A stretch of 63,419 nt of DNA, counting the filler, from Reclinomonas americana ATCC 50394 (lineage: Eukaryota): the NCBI GenBank assembly GCA_048213135.1. It is 17 parts of 17 records of this genome, joined end to end, with 100 filler letters (N's around TTAATTAATTAA, not from the genome) between each part and the next. Parts side by side here need not be neighbours in the genome. Positions count along the whole stretch, not along the records: positions 38,162 to 40,939 come from AFZH01023446.1; positions 41,040 to 43,082 come from AFZH01023447.1; positions 43,183 to 53,451 come from AFZH01023448.1; 14 more parts are not named here. One strand, 5' to 3'. Position numbers and translations under genes: made by a program. Below are positions 38,162 to 50,615 of this stretch, piece by piece. The notes below the pieces were generated by a model that ran no database searches, was not told the DNA's origin, and saw only the letters and a list, made by a program, of their open reading frames with translations. Position 1 is the stretch's first letter, and every line of letters begins with the position of its first letter.

Positions 38162-40939
38162 ACCAATCGTACCGATCATCACTCCATCGCTGTCGCCTCA
38201 TCGACGACCGATATCACCGTCGGCGCACGATCGTGCCACGCTCACCGATGGCGATGCACGACGGGCACTCCGCGAGCAGCCGCCGTCCAACTCGCTCCCG
38301 CTGTCCTCCTCCTCGTTGTCAGCTGCAATGTTGTTGTCGTCGTCGTCGTCGTCGATGCCAGCGGGCGCTGCACCTGTGGCGGCGGTGGCGACGGCGGGGA
38401 CGGCAAAGTCGACGACGCGAAGCTTGTCGCCAATGTTGGGAACCGCATCGACGGCCTTTCCCGAGTACTCTGCCAAGTTTCAGCAGCAGCAGCAGCGATT
38501 GCATGCAGCGGAGGAGCGTGCTCGACAACGACGGCAAGTGCAGGAGGAGCTGCAGACATTGCGCAACCAGAATGCGCAGCTGCGACAGGAGAACAGCACG
38601 CTGCGCACACAGGTGGCCGTGGCCACCGAGTCGGTCACCGATTCCGAGTCGCGCATGCATGCGCTGGCCGGCGAGACGGAACGTGCGCAGAATGCCACCG
38701 AGGCCGCGGAGAGTGCCTACAAGAAGCAGACGGCGACGCTTATCGCCGCCGAAGATCGAGCGCGGGTACTGGAGGATACGGTCACACAGTTGGAGGAGGA
38801 GCAGATGGTCAGCGGTCTGGAGTTGGTCGATTTGCGAGAGCGCGTGCAACGGATGGACGAGGAGCGCGTGGAGAGCGAAGCGCTGCTGAAGCGACTCTCG
38901 GCGCTTGCGAACGATGCGCAGAAGCAAGCCGAGAGTCTGGAACAGGAGAAGAGTGCACTGCGCGAGCGAGTGGACGCACTGCAAGATGGCCTCGGCGAGT
39001 GCCAGCTGGAGCGAGGTACGTCAATCGCACAAGGGAGGAGGTGGTGACCTTGAGCGGTTGCACTGATGCTTTCTCTTTATCGTTGCAGGGGCGTTGCAAG
39101 CGCAGCTCGATGCGTGTCGTGCAGAGTACAAGCAGGCGCAAATGGAGTTGGACGATTTGCGCCGGGCTCACTCGGCGACGCTCGATGACAAGCGACAGGC
39201 AGAAGAACTGTTGGAGCGTGAGCGCTTGCGCGCCACCGATCTGTCCACTCGCCTGAGCGAGGTGTCGGTGGAGAAGGCACGACTCGGTGCAGACATGCGT
39301 GCCCTCCAGTCGGAACTCCAGCTGCTCCGCCAGCTAAAGCAAGAAACAGAGTCGTCAGCCGACCGACAGCAGCGCACTTTTGATGATCTTGCCGAGCAGC
39401 TGCGTGCTGCGTCGGCTGATCGCAGTTGCGTGCACACTACCTGTGAATGCGTTGCTTTGCGAAGCAGCACACATCTCACCTCTTTTTGGCTCGCAGTTCG
39501 TGCCGAGGGACAACTCTCTGCACTGCGACTGGCGCACGATCGCGCGATGGAGACGAAGCACTCTAGTGAGCGGGCGCTGGAGGAGGAGCAGAAACGCACG
39601 TCGTCGTTGCAGAAAGAAGTGGCTGAGCTATTGACGAGAAACGTGCAACTGGAGGCGGAGCTGGCGGACTCGACGGCCTTGGCCACACGTCGTCAGAATG
39701 CCGTGGGCGAACACTTGGCAGAGCTCGACAGACTGCGCGAGCAGTTGGCCGCTGTGCGCGCCGATCGACAGCGGCTCATTGACGAGCTGTTCACGTCGCA
39801 GAACTCGCTGGAGGAAGAGAGTAGACGGCGATCGCAGTGTGAAGAGCAGGTGCGCAATCTGCGTGCCGACGCTGAGAAGCAAGCGCGCGATGTGCACGAG
39901 GCACGACAGCTGGCCGAACAGCGGGCACAGCGGGCCAGTGCATCGGCGGCTGAATTGTCTGAGGCGCGCAATCGACTGGCTGAGATGACGGCTCAGCTCG
40001 AGTCGGTCAGAAGCGAGTTGGCAGTGGAGTGCGAGGCGCATCAGCGCGACGTGGCGCTGGCCAGCACCCGGGCGCAGGGTTTGGAGGCTGACTGCCAGCG
40101 ACTTCGAAAGCAGGTGCAGGAGCTGCTGGAAGACAAGGCACGAATCGCCAGCGCGCTGCACGAGAGGTCCATGGAGTTGGAGCAGAACCGAGGCAGACTG
40201 AGCTCACTACAAGTGGAGAGTGCGACGCTGGGCGACCACGTCGGGCGACTGAACGATGAGGTATTGTCGGTGGACGCAGTGCATTTTTCGTTTGTTTTTT
40301 TGGCTTGCATTCTGACACCCCGCTGGCACAGCTCGCCAAGGAACGTGGTGACCGGTTACGCGAGGTTGGCTCAAGTGAATCGCGGCTGCAGTCGCTGCAA
40401 GTGGAGTTGGAGCGCGCCAAAGCTGAGTTGCGCCAGGTATGGTCGCTGAACGAGCAGACCTCGGCACAGCTGGACAAGGTCACACGAGAGGCGGAGAGCA
40501 GCCGAGCGCAGACGGCCGAGTTGACGCGCTCGTTGCAGAGCATCACTGGCGAGAACCGTTGAGTTTTTTTGGTTTTGTCTCCGATTTTGCAATGGTCTCG
40601 TTCTCACCACACAAGCATGTCCGCAGGCGAGCTGCTGGAGCGACTGGAGACGCAGCACTCTGCTGCAACCGGTGACAGCAGCCGACTGACAGAGGAGCAG
40701 CGCACGCTGACAGCGCAGGTTGAATCGCTGCGCATCAAAGTCTCGCGGAGTGTGGACGAGGAGGCCCGACATGCTGCCGAGCTGGAGAGATTACGAAGCG
40801 CTGCCGCTCGACTTGAGAATCAGCTGGCAGGCCTCAAGGCCACCAACGGACGCCTGGAACGCCAAGTGGAAGAAGAGAAGGCAGCACGGCAAGCCGAGAG
40901 CTTGCAGGCGGAGGAGCGCATTCGGGCACTGCGCACGCT
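38162..40939 (+). CDS. Long coiled-coil protein (Ser-rich region followed by an extended heptad-rich rod), partial
   Basis: Continuous E/Q/R/L/A heptad-rich frames joined by four GT-AG introns (from ~39016, 39425, 40261 and 40558). Confidence 0.8.
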
Positions 40940-41039
40940 NNNNNNNNNNNNNNNNNNNNNNNNNNNNNNNNNNNNNNNNNNNNTTAATTAATTAANNNNN
41001 NNNNNNNNNNNNNNNNNNNNNNNNNNNNNNNNNNNNNNN

Positions 41040-43082
41040 GCCTGCTCATTGCGCATGTACACCAAGAACGAGGCCGCTGGTCGGTTGCGTCCAGTCGACT
41101 CCTGTCGCATGAACCGCTCGGTGGCCTGCATGCAAAACGTGAGGAACGAGAGACGGGATCGCTCACCGCAATCTCTGTTGCACTCAACTCGCTGGCCATC
41201 GGCGCCATCCAGAGTGATCCATGTGTTGTCGCGTGTGTCGAGCGCAAACGTACACTGGCCGACCACCAAGCGCAACGAGTACTCGTCGCCGAGGATGGTC
41301 GAAAAGACACTGTCCAACTGTGCCATGAGCTCCGCCTTTTCCGCGTCGCACTCTGCACACGCGTACAAGTGAGAACAACGCCACTCTCTGCTTGAGGCAA
41401 CCAACCGCAGGCCACCACGTAACTTGCAATTTGCTGCTGCACATTATCGAGTTCGCAGTCCACCAGCTGGGCAGTCACTTGCAGGTCAGCGTTGCCTTGG
41501 AAGCCACCGCTCTCGCAATACTGCTTCACTCCCTCCAAGAAGACTTGACGCTGGAGCAGCTTGCTTGATGGCGGCACACCAGCATGAATTCTCTGCATCT
41601 CGAAGTGAGGCAAAAAATTTCAATATATAGGGCCGCTGCTTCAGCTTTTTTCACACACCTCACATGCCATCGGCAAACGCAACACCCTTGTCTTGCGATC
41701 CTCGCACGCTTGTATCCTACTGTAGATGGAGGCGGCCTCCAGGAAGCATGCCTCCACGTCGCCCACAGCGTCGGCCGTGTAGCGGCGCATGTGAAGCAGC
41801 TGCTCAAACGCAAACTCGCGGATGGCTTCACCCTTGCCACACTGCCGATCGATCAGCAGTCAGTCAGTCAGGCAACTCGAGACACATGCATCCCAACAGT
41901 GCGACTCACATGCAACGAGACCACCAGCATCGGCGGCAGTCTCGTGATGGCGCGCGAGCCGATCGGCATCGGCGACGGTGAGCCCGTGTGATCCATGGTC
42001 AACGGCAACAACTGGCGATCGAGCGCAGCCTGCACGCAAGCACAGTTCTTCACGTCGACGCCCAACTGTGCAAGAGTCTGCGCCAGGCAATCCAGCAACG
42101 GTCAGAGTCAGCGCGTGACAACGGCCAGCACGGCCTGCTCGCTCACTCACCGTGGACTCGCCGGTGTCGAGCCGGGTGGACCGAATGTTGACAGTACTGA
42201 ATACACAAATATCTGTGAGAAACTGAACCATGCAGACATGGACACAAGCACACGGCGCGTACTCTTCCACTGCCGCCGCCACCGGCACGCTGCTGCATTG
42301 TTGCAGAGTGTGCAACAGAACCTCGTACAAACGCTCCCACACAAGCGCCACGTCTGTCAGGCAAGTGCAGAACGTGAGAGACCACATGGAGAACTTCAAG
42401 ACGAGTCACAAAGAGACAACACACCAGACTGTCGCTCTGCTGCGATCCGGCTCACGGTGATGAAGCTGTCCAACAGCGCCTCGCTTGTAAGCTCCACGAC
42501 CTCACCGGTGCACATCAGATTGGCAAACAGATTCTGCACGAGAAGCACAACTGCAACACCCCCAGCTCAGCACAGCGACAGTGTTCACCGCACACCACAA
42601 CAACGCACACTCAATGCGCTGGAAATCGCGAAGCACAGCGTTGCTGTCGGCACGCTCGTCGACAGCCTTCACGGAATCTGCAGATGCCACAAAGACGCAG
42701 TGAGTAATGCGCGCAGCAGTCAGTGCATGGACACACCGCAGTCGCCGCACCACGAATGTGCAGTGGGGTCGATGTCACCGGACGTGCCGGCACAAAAGCA
42801 AAAATGGCACGTCGCATCGGCAGAATCCAGAACGCCATCAACAAGCACGCATTCAGTGCCGCGTGTCCTCTCTTGGTCGGTTGCGACACGAGATGATGCA
42901 GAGTGGAGGGATAGTATTGCTGGGTGGCGTCGGAGTCCAGGGAGAATTTTTCGAGCTCGAGTACTGTCCAACAGATGCAACTAGTAAGTTAGGCAGTTGA
43001 TACCAGAGCGCAAAGTACTCGGTTTTTCTCACACCATCCACACAGCGCATCAACTCCTCGGATCCACGGGCCTCCGCAATGA
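41040..43082 (-). CDS. Ubiquitin-specific protease (C19) fold, predicted catalytically inactive, USP25/Ubp2-like
   Basis: Cys-box-like RGHAALNACLLMAFWILPMRRAIF, ITRLPPMLVVSL, a helical insert, EYSLRLVV...W and AASFLVYMR occur in USP order. Confidence 0.6.
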
Positions 43083-43182
43083 NNNNNNNNNNNNNNNNNN
43101 NNNNNNNNNNNNNNNNNNNNNNNNNNTTAATTAATTAANNNNNNNNNNNNNNNNNNNNNNNNNNNNNNNNNNNNNNNNNNNN

Positions 43183-45167
43183 CTGACAGACAGATCAACA
43201 GGCGTTCGGCCTGATCCGGGAAGAGCGACAGTCTGTTTTTACCCAGGAATGCAACCGGCGTGGGAAGCGAGTAACAGAGGACCACATGCACAAAAGTGTC
43301 TCTGCACTTCATACCGATTACGTGCAGCCAGCAGCACCGCAGTGTCGCTGCTGGACGACAGCGCACCGAGGATAGTGAAAGCAGTTTCCACTTCCGGCAC
43401 ATCGTCCACCTCTGCAATTCACATGCATGCGCTCAGCACCGTGACATGGGCAGCAGATGGACACGACACAACAAAGAACCTTCCACCATGGCGGCAACAT
43501 CAGCACTCAAACCGAGCATGCGTCTGAGGTACGAGACGAGCCGTTCGGGGCGCGTCGGTGATCTAGAACCTGAGGGCGAGACTGTGCCGGACTGGAAGCG
43601 GAGCGGCTCAGCACATCCGCGATCCACATCTGTACACCCGGCGTCGGGCATAGGCAACACGATTATTGAGCCCCGTGAGCGCCTTTTTTTTTTTCGTTTC
43701 CACATAACACGCACCTCGCTGACGCAAAACTCCAGTGATGAGTGGCATGACCGGGTCCCACTTGCTCTCGCCACTCAGACATCCGCTCGGAGTTCCGACA
43801 TCCTTGCTGTCGAGGTGCGCCAGGAGAGAGTCGACAAACTCGAACAGATCGGGAGAAAGACTCTGGCGGAACACGTGGCTGCACTTGTGCACAACTGCGT
43901 GCACCTCGTCAAGAATGCGACAGACGATGCTCGTGGGACGGACGACTTCTTCCGGCTTGCCATCAGACGTCTCCTTCGGCAGGTAATACGCCATACCCAC
44001 ACCCGGCCGTTCCACTCGACGGAAGCCAGTCAACTGCGAGAATACAGCTCGTGAGTGTCCACTTTCCACATTCGTGGCTAGCACGCAACCGCGCACCTCG
44101 AGTGCCTTGGCCAGACGCGGCAGCGACCGAATGTCTGGTGACGACAAAGGAACCCATCGCAACCTACATTCGGCACGCAAGCAAGCGCATGAGACACACA
44201 GCACCAGGCGAGTGAGCTGTAGAGGGGATGACGAAACTCGTCGGCGTCAGGGTTCTCCACGATGGCGGTGAGAATGTGATGCATGGCTCTGGACAGTCGC
44301 ACCAGCATCTGCATGCACTCGTGTGAGAAGACGTGTGACGGTGGGAGTCGCGTTGCAGCGCACACAACATCATACTGCATGTCCTCAAACAGCGGCACAA
44401 GAATGTGCGAGATCAGCAAGGCAGCCTTGGTCTGCGCGTGGATCTCGACATGCGAGTTGTCGCAGCGGAAAATCTTGCGTCGCTCTGACGACGCGCTCAG
44501 CACTCGCCACGAATGCCCCTGCACTCCGCACTCTGCATGGTGAGAAGCTGCAAAGAAGAAGAAGAAGAAGAACCACAAGCAACATCACGCACCGTGTTCG
44601 CCTTGAGCTCCACCACCTCGTCGTGCGGCACTCGCACCTCGACAGTCAAATTCTCGAAATACTTGGTACTCACAAACACATGCAAGGTGGTGGTGTACTT
44701 GCGCGAGTACGGCACAGGCGACTCGGGCAAATAGTCGACCATGATGGTCTGCACGGTATACAGTGAGTCGATGCATCGTCTAGTCTATTTGCGACACTTG
44801 GTGTGCCTCACCTCCACAGACGAGTACCCATCCACAGGGCTCACACGCACATACAGCAAGTCGTTGGCACAATGGAACGCCGTTCGCTGACAACACAAAG
44901 TTGTGTGTAAGCGCACACGCACACACACACGCAGCAACAGAGCGAGAAGAGAGCAGGCAAGCACCAGTGTATGATAGAGACCAGAGGGCGTGTAGTGTCC
45001 ACTGCGACTGGACGATGCAGCTGGGAGGCACGAGAGACGAGGATGAGTTGTTGCGCGTGACAAATATAGCTGCACAGGCATTCAAGAGTGATACCTCCCA
45101 GGCCGCCCATGCCGCCCATGCCACCCATGCCAAGCAACGCTTGCAGGTCTGACAACCGGATTGTCAT
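43183..45167 (-). CDS. Multi-exon unknown protein region, probably the N-terminal part of the USP-like gene
   Basis: Same-strand exon-like frames (QTIMVDYLPESPVPYSRKY..., AALLISHILVPLFEDMQY..., SIVCRILDEVHAVV...) run into the gap; the start codon is uncertain. Confidence 0.45.
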
Positions 45168-45358
45168 CGAGAGGGGACAGCAACAACACACACGCGCGAA
45201 CACGAGGACGGAAACTAAACGCGACAAGACTTGTCCGTCGCATCGATGGAATCACGCACCCTCCACATCACACACAAACGTGAGTGCGTTGCCAAGCACA
45301 CACGCTCTGCCGTGCGCGATCTGCATTTCCCACTCCCCCTTCCCTTCTCTTCAGAGAC

Positions 45359-46113
45359 ATGTTCTTGCTTGGACGAGTGCGCTCCACAGCAGGATCCTTG
45401 TTGTCGCATCTGCGACGCCGCACCTTGGCTGCAGAAGCCGCCACGGTTTGTCTGTCAACAGCTAGTCGACGATATGTGTGTGTGAAGAGAGAAAGAGACT
45501 GAGATGCGGCGCGTGTGTGGCGAGGGAGAGCGAGAGAGACAAGTGGCCATGTGCACGCAATGTGCTGACCGCACCCCTCTGCTGCAGCCGGCACCCAAGC
45601 CAGCGCCTGCTCCTGCTGCGCCTGCTGCTCCATCGTCTTCTTCTTCATCATCATCATCCTCATCGTCATCGTCCAAGCCACTGCTGCGACCACTGCGCAC
45701 ATGGTTGCTGGGAGCGGTGGTCGGTGGCTCGCTGGCGGCGGTGGCCTACAACCGCGAGCAGTCGCTGCTGTATCGCGAATGGTGTGTGCATCTCTGTGTG
45801 TGGAGTCGCGAGCGGACTCGCATTCGTGAGCTGATGATGATGCATTGCAGGTACAAGGTGGCGGAGCAGCTGGTGCCGACACTCGCGACCGTGGAGCCCG
45901 TCAAGGTGTGTGTGTCCACACAAGGACGTGCTGATGTGGCTGGCGATTCACACCCTTGCACCACAGAGAATAGACTGGGAGGATCCCGTGTTCAGCGAGC
46001 GCTTTAATGACTTCTTGCGTGAGGCGTGGAACTACCCGTGGCTGCAGGTGCACGAGTGGGTGGTGCAGCGGCAAGAGAGCCGCAAGGCCGGCTCCGAGCA
46101 GCAGCAACAGTGA
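45359..46113 (+). CDS. 160-aa single-TM mitochondrial protein, MIC13/QIL1/Mic12-like candidate
   Basis: Exons 45359-45445, 45588-45781, 45851-45905 and 45967-46113 total 483 nt. Arg-rich presequence-like N-terminus, TM WLLGAVVGGSLAAVAY (GxxxG), and C-terminal REAWN. Confidence 0.55.
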
Positions 46114-46215
46114 GCTGTTGTTGTTGGTGGCGTTTTGCGCTGCAAAGCATGCGGCAGCAGGGATTGAAACGCTAAAATTTGCATTGCTTTAATGATGGAC
46201 ATTCTTCTCTCTGTC

Positions 46216-49200
46216 TCACGAGTCGAGCATGCCGACGTAGAAGGGTTCTTTGGCGCTGTTGGCCAGTCGGCGGATGTGGGTGCCGGCGAGCTCTTGGTTG
46301 AGGAAGCGGAGCATGTGGGAGTACTCGCGGTCGGTGGTCGGCGGCACCGAGCGCACGTACCACTCGAGCGCCTGGATCATGCGCACGCCTTCTTCCGTGC
46401 GATCACTCTGCGATTTGACATCCACGCGCGAGTTGTACAGCAACTGGTACAGAATGCCTGCGTGCGCAGCGAGAGAGAGAGAGAATGAGTTGTCTGTAGC
46501 GATACGTTTTTACCGTCGCGTGGCACACGTACCGAGATTCTTCATCAGCGGCGGCACGTTTTCCCTTTCGCCGTACCGTGCAATCGGCAGCATCTCTAGT
46601 ACTCGTTGAGCGGCATCTTCCAGGAAGTTCATGTACCGAACGGGATCGGCTGAGGAGCAAGCACGTCAGCACTCGTCTCCCAATCCATGTTAGTTGCGTG
46701 GCTCTCGCACTCACCAGCATACATCTCCTGCGCCCGAGTGATCCAGTAGGCCACGCGATTGACCGTGGCCGTGATGTACGTGGTTACCATCACAAACTCC
46801 CACATATCGCGCCCGTACAGACGCAAGTCCGGCAGCCAGCGATACTCGCTGATGGGTCTCACCGCCGGCCACGTCTGGTCCAGCCACTCGAACACTGGAA
46901 TGCGCGACACGTGGCCCTTCGCCACCGCCTGCTTCGACAGGCCAAAGTCGACCACATCGTAGTGCATCTCCACCTCCAGCTTGTCTGCCGGTCGCACGGT
47001 GGTGGCAAAGAAGATCTTGTGGCCCTTCTTGATGTTGGCGTCGACAAATCCAATCAGCGACGTTCGGCTCCACTGCGGATCATTGTTGTAGCGCTTGCCC
47101 GAGGACTCCAGCGGCCACAGGACATCGGGCATGTGCGACTTGCGCAGCGCCGTGTACCACTTGTACGACATGAGCTCCTGGTCCACTACATGCACATCGG
47201 TGCGATACTGTTCCGAGTATTGTACGTAGCGCACACTGTTGCTGACAATGTCGCCAGTTGTCATGAGGATGGCGTTGGGTGGCAGTGGTCGCAACACCTC
47301 CTCCGCCAGTCGACTGAGGATATCGTTCTCGCTCTGGTCCGCCAACGGGTACGTCTGCACCAGCAACAAAACGGCGGCCAGCACAATGATGAAGCGCCAT
47401 CCCCACGTCCACTGTCGACTCCACGGTCCGAGCATCACCAATGACGAGGGGGCGTTGACGAGCGCATGCATCCCCACCGCCACAAGCGCGCACAGCAGCA
47501 CGTTTGGCTGCATCCAGAAGCGAGCACTGACTCCGAAATCTGTCGCGCACGAGCAAAAACAGCCAAAGCGTCAGCGATCACGCACAGTTCGCAGAAGTAG
47601 GGAGAGAGAAACACGCAACAGATCTCCTTGCTCAAGTCGAGATTGGCGCGACTGTGGAAGAACACGAGGTAGCCGATGAGCGAGCTGAAAAATGGCGTCG
47701 CCACGCGCGTCAGGAACGAGCGGTACGCCGCCGTTGGCGTGACAAAGGAGGCGGTCGATGCGTCGGCTGCCGAGGTCGCCGCCGCCGCCTTGTTCGAGTT
47801 GACAGCGATTGGTGGATCATGCTTCTTCGACGAGTCGCGGAGCCACGGTAGTAGTCGGCGACTCAACAGCTGTGTGCGCCGGATGAGAATGCAAGAAACA
47901 AGTGGACTGCTGCATACATGATCACGTATGTACTCCACCTTTGGCCACACGTACGGTACCGACAACAGCAGCAGTGGCAGGCCCAGGTGGTACGTGTACA
48001 GACTGACGTGCGTCGCGTAGTGCATGAGTCCGCCCAGCAGGTCAGGTTCGTCGTCACTGGCTGCAAGCCGGAACGTGCCGTACTCGGAGCGCAGCAAGTG
48101 TCGCAGGAAACCCTCGATCGTTCGCTGGTCGCCTGTGTTGTATGTGCGATGCGTCAGAAGGCAAGGAGATCGTCACGCACAGCACGAGTCTCCGTACCCC
48201 ACGTGTGAGCCGGCCCCATCATGGTGGCAATCGGCATTTGCGCGTACGGCAGCAAGCCGAGGAAGAAGAGGAAGAGCCAGTCGAGAACTCGCAGAAGAGT
48301 AAAGTGTGAACGCAGGCTCCACAACACCCACAGAATGATCGGTATCTCGAAGAGGATGATGGTGTGCTGGTTGCACAGGAAGAAGCCGCAGGCGAATGCA
48401 CCCCATCGAGAGAGGGACAGCGCACGGCTTTGATCGCCCTCCTCCAACGCCCGTGCAAACGAGGCACACAGCAGCAGCAACAAGGCCGTGAAGAGATTGT
48501 TGAGCGAGAACACCTCCGAGGTCACCGCATGAAGCCACGTCAACTGGCTACACAAGGGGGAACGCATAGACACTCTCGTCAGCAAGCGAAGGGGCGCACG
48601 AAGAGAAGTGGGGGAAGGAAAACCGCGCTCAACTTGAACGTGTAGAATCCCGCGGCCGCAGCCGACACCATCACATCGTGCTGCGTCAGCTGCAAGCACA
48701 ACACAAACAGGCACACACTGGCTGCAGTGGCCACAAGCGCATTGACAAAGTTGGCGCGCTACAACCCCGTCGTCGTCGTCAGCATCGTAGGGAAATCACC
48801 CGACAAGACAGAGACAACAGGCATACCCACGCCGCAGTTGGCCCAAACGGAATCCAATCCAGCGCCGCCTTGGTGATCATGCAGTACAGCGGGTACCCCG
48901 GAGGATGCGCCACACCACCCGAATGCGCTGCCACAAACGCAAGCATATCAATGCATTGCATGCATTCTCTCATCACTCTCTCTCTCTCTCTCTCTCTCTC
49001 TCCGTCACTCACCAGCCGCAATCAACTCTCCGCTATCGCCTCCCGCCAAGCCCAGCTGCAACGTGCACATGTACACCACGCCCACCACCATCATCCACAT
49101 CACCGCCAGCAGCAGCGTGCGACGCGACACGCAGGCGCCTGCCGCCGACAAGGCCGCGCCCACTGGCATGCATGCCTCGCGATCGACAACACCACCAGCC

Positions 49201-49298
49201 GCCGATGCACGAGACGCCGTCGGAGCTGCAACTCCGGCAGAGACAGTAGCAGAGGGTGGCGGCGATGCCGAGACTGCTGTGCGCTGCCCTCGTCGCAT
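46216..49298 (-). CDS. TMEM260: TMEM260/DUF2723-family GT-C protein O-mannosyltransferase-like, paralogue 1
   Basis: GGDSGELIAA..GGVAHPPGYPLY, EVFSLNNLF, CNQHTIIL, LGLLPY, TWGDQRT..GFLRHLLRSEYGTFRL, RFWMQPN, LPPNAILMTTGD..NSVRYVQ and VDQELMSYKWY. Confidence 0.92.
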
Positions 49299-49398
49299 TT
49301 ATGGTGAGTGGGACAGACGGAGTTGTCCTCCTTCGCGTTTTTCCTTTCTCTCTCTCGCTTCGTCCGTCGTGGCAGTCTGGCATATAGAGTGCGTCGTG

Positions 49399-50530
49399 AT
49401 GCGGTACTTGGTGTGCAGTGATGGTGCGTGTGCTTGCTGCGTGTCTGTGTGTGTGTGGAACCGCGCTAATGTTTCCTTTCCGTCGAATATAGGTTCAAAG
49501 TTCGCCAAGCGCGGTGAGTGTGTCTCTTTCGATCTCACACACACACGCATTGTGAGCATGTGTTTGTGTGCGTCTTGTGAGAGGAGAGCGTGAGAGAGGA
49601 AAGGGGGTGGAAAAAAGATGCGTCGCTCACAAAAAGATTCCGAACACCGCAGCGGTGGAGAAGGTTGCCACATTGGTCGCCCCCGGTGCGTCTCTCCTTC
49701 TGTGCGTGTGTGTGCTCTAGGAGTGTGTATCTGACTTGTGTTTATACAGGTGACGAGGTGGTGCTGGTCGCGGTGATTGATCAGGTGTGTTTGTGTGCTC
49801 ATTGCTTGGCGGATCGTTGCTCACATGATTGTTTGCAGGCCATCATGCCACCAGCGGTGCGTGTGAATGAGAATGAGAAAAGAAAGAAAGAGAGACTTGT
49901 ATGTGCTTAACAGCATGGTTTGCAGGTCGGACCTGCGGCTGTCATGCTGGTCGATGCGATCGCACCGCCACCAACGTCGGAGGAGCTCACCGCCGCGGCT
50001 GGTTGGTTGTCGGAGGAGGCGCTGCTGTTGGACGGCTTGCTTCCGCACGACGAGGCTGGGGCGCCGACGGTGTCGATTGTGGAGCGCGTGCAGGCAGGAG
50101 ACGTGCGCGAAATCATTCCGCACCTGGCTGCTGTTGCGTTGTCGTCGGTGGTTGCTGGTCTCGCCCTGCGTTCACAACTCACTGACACGTGGCTGGCTGC
50201 GCAGGAGCTCAAGAGCGATGTCATTGTGGTGGGATCGCGCGGTCACGGCAAGTTCCGTGTCGATCCGCCCTCGTCTCTTGTTCTCGAGTGTTTCATGCTT
50301 ATCGTTTGTGGTGTGCACGCAGGGTCAAGCGACTGCTTCTCGGTAGTGTGGCCGACTACCTCTTGCACCACTCAGTTGCGCAGCACTTGTGTAGTGCTCT
50401 TTTCTCCCTTTTCGCCTCTCACGTGTCTCCACACCAGCCGTGCTCGGTGCTGGTGGTGCGACCCGGCGATCCGAGTGTGGCCGCCGTCGAGCGGCAGCTG
50501 GCCAGCTCGAGCGGAATGGGACCGGTATGA
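49399..50530 (+). CDS. Universal stress protein (UspA family), 176 aa, 9 exons
   Basis: Exons of 25, 21, 33, 35, 18, 207, 47, 52 and 93 nt total 531 nt: MRYLVCSDGSKFAKRAV...GDVREII...DVIVVGSRGHGKVKRLLLGSVADYLLHHSPCSVLVVRP. Confidence 0.92.
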
Positions 50531-50615
50531 GGTGCCAGCGTAGTCACAGTGTAGATGGTTGTCGAGCAGAGAGTGAAACACAGCTGCTGCGGTCGTGATA
50601 TTATTATTTTCATTT

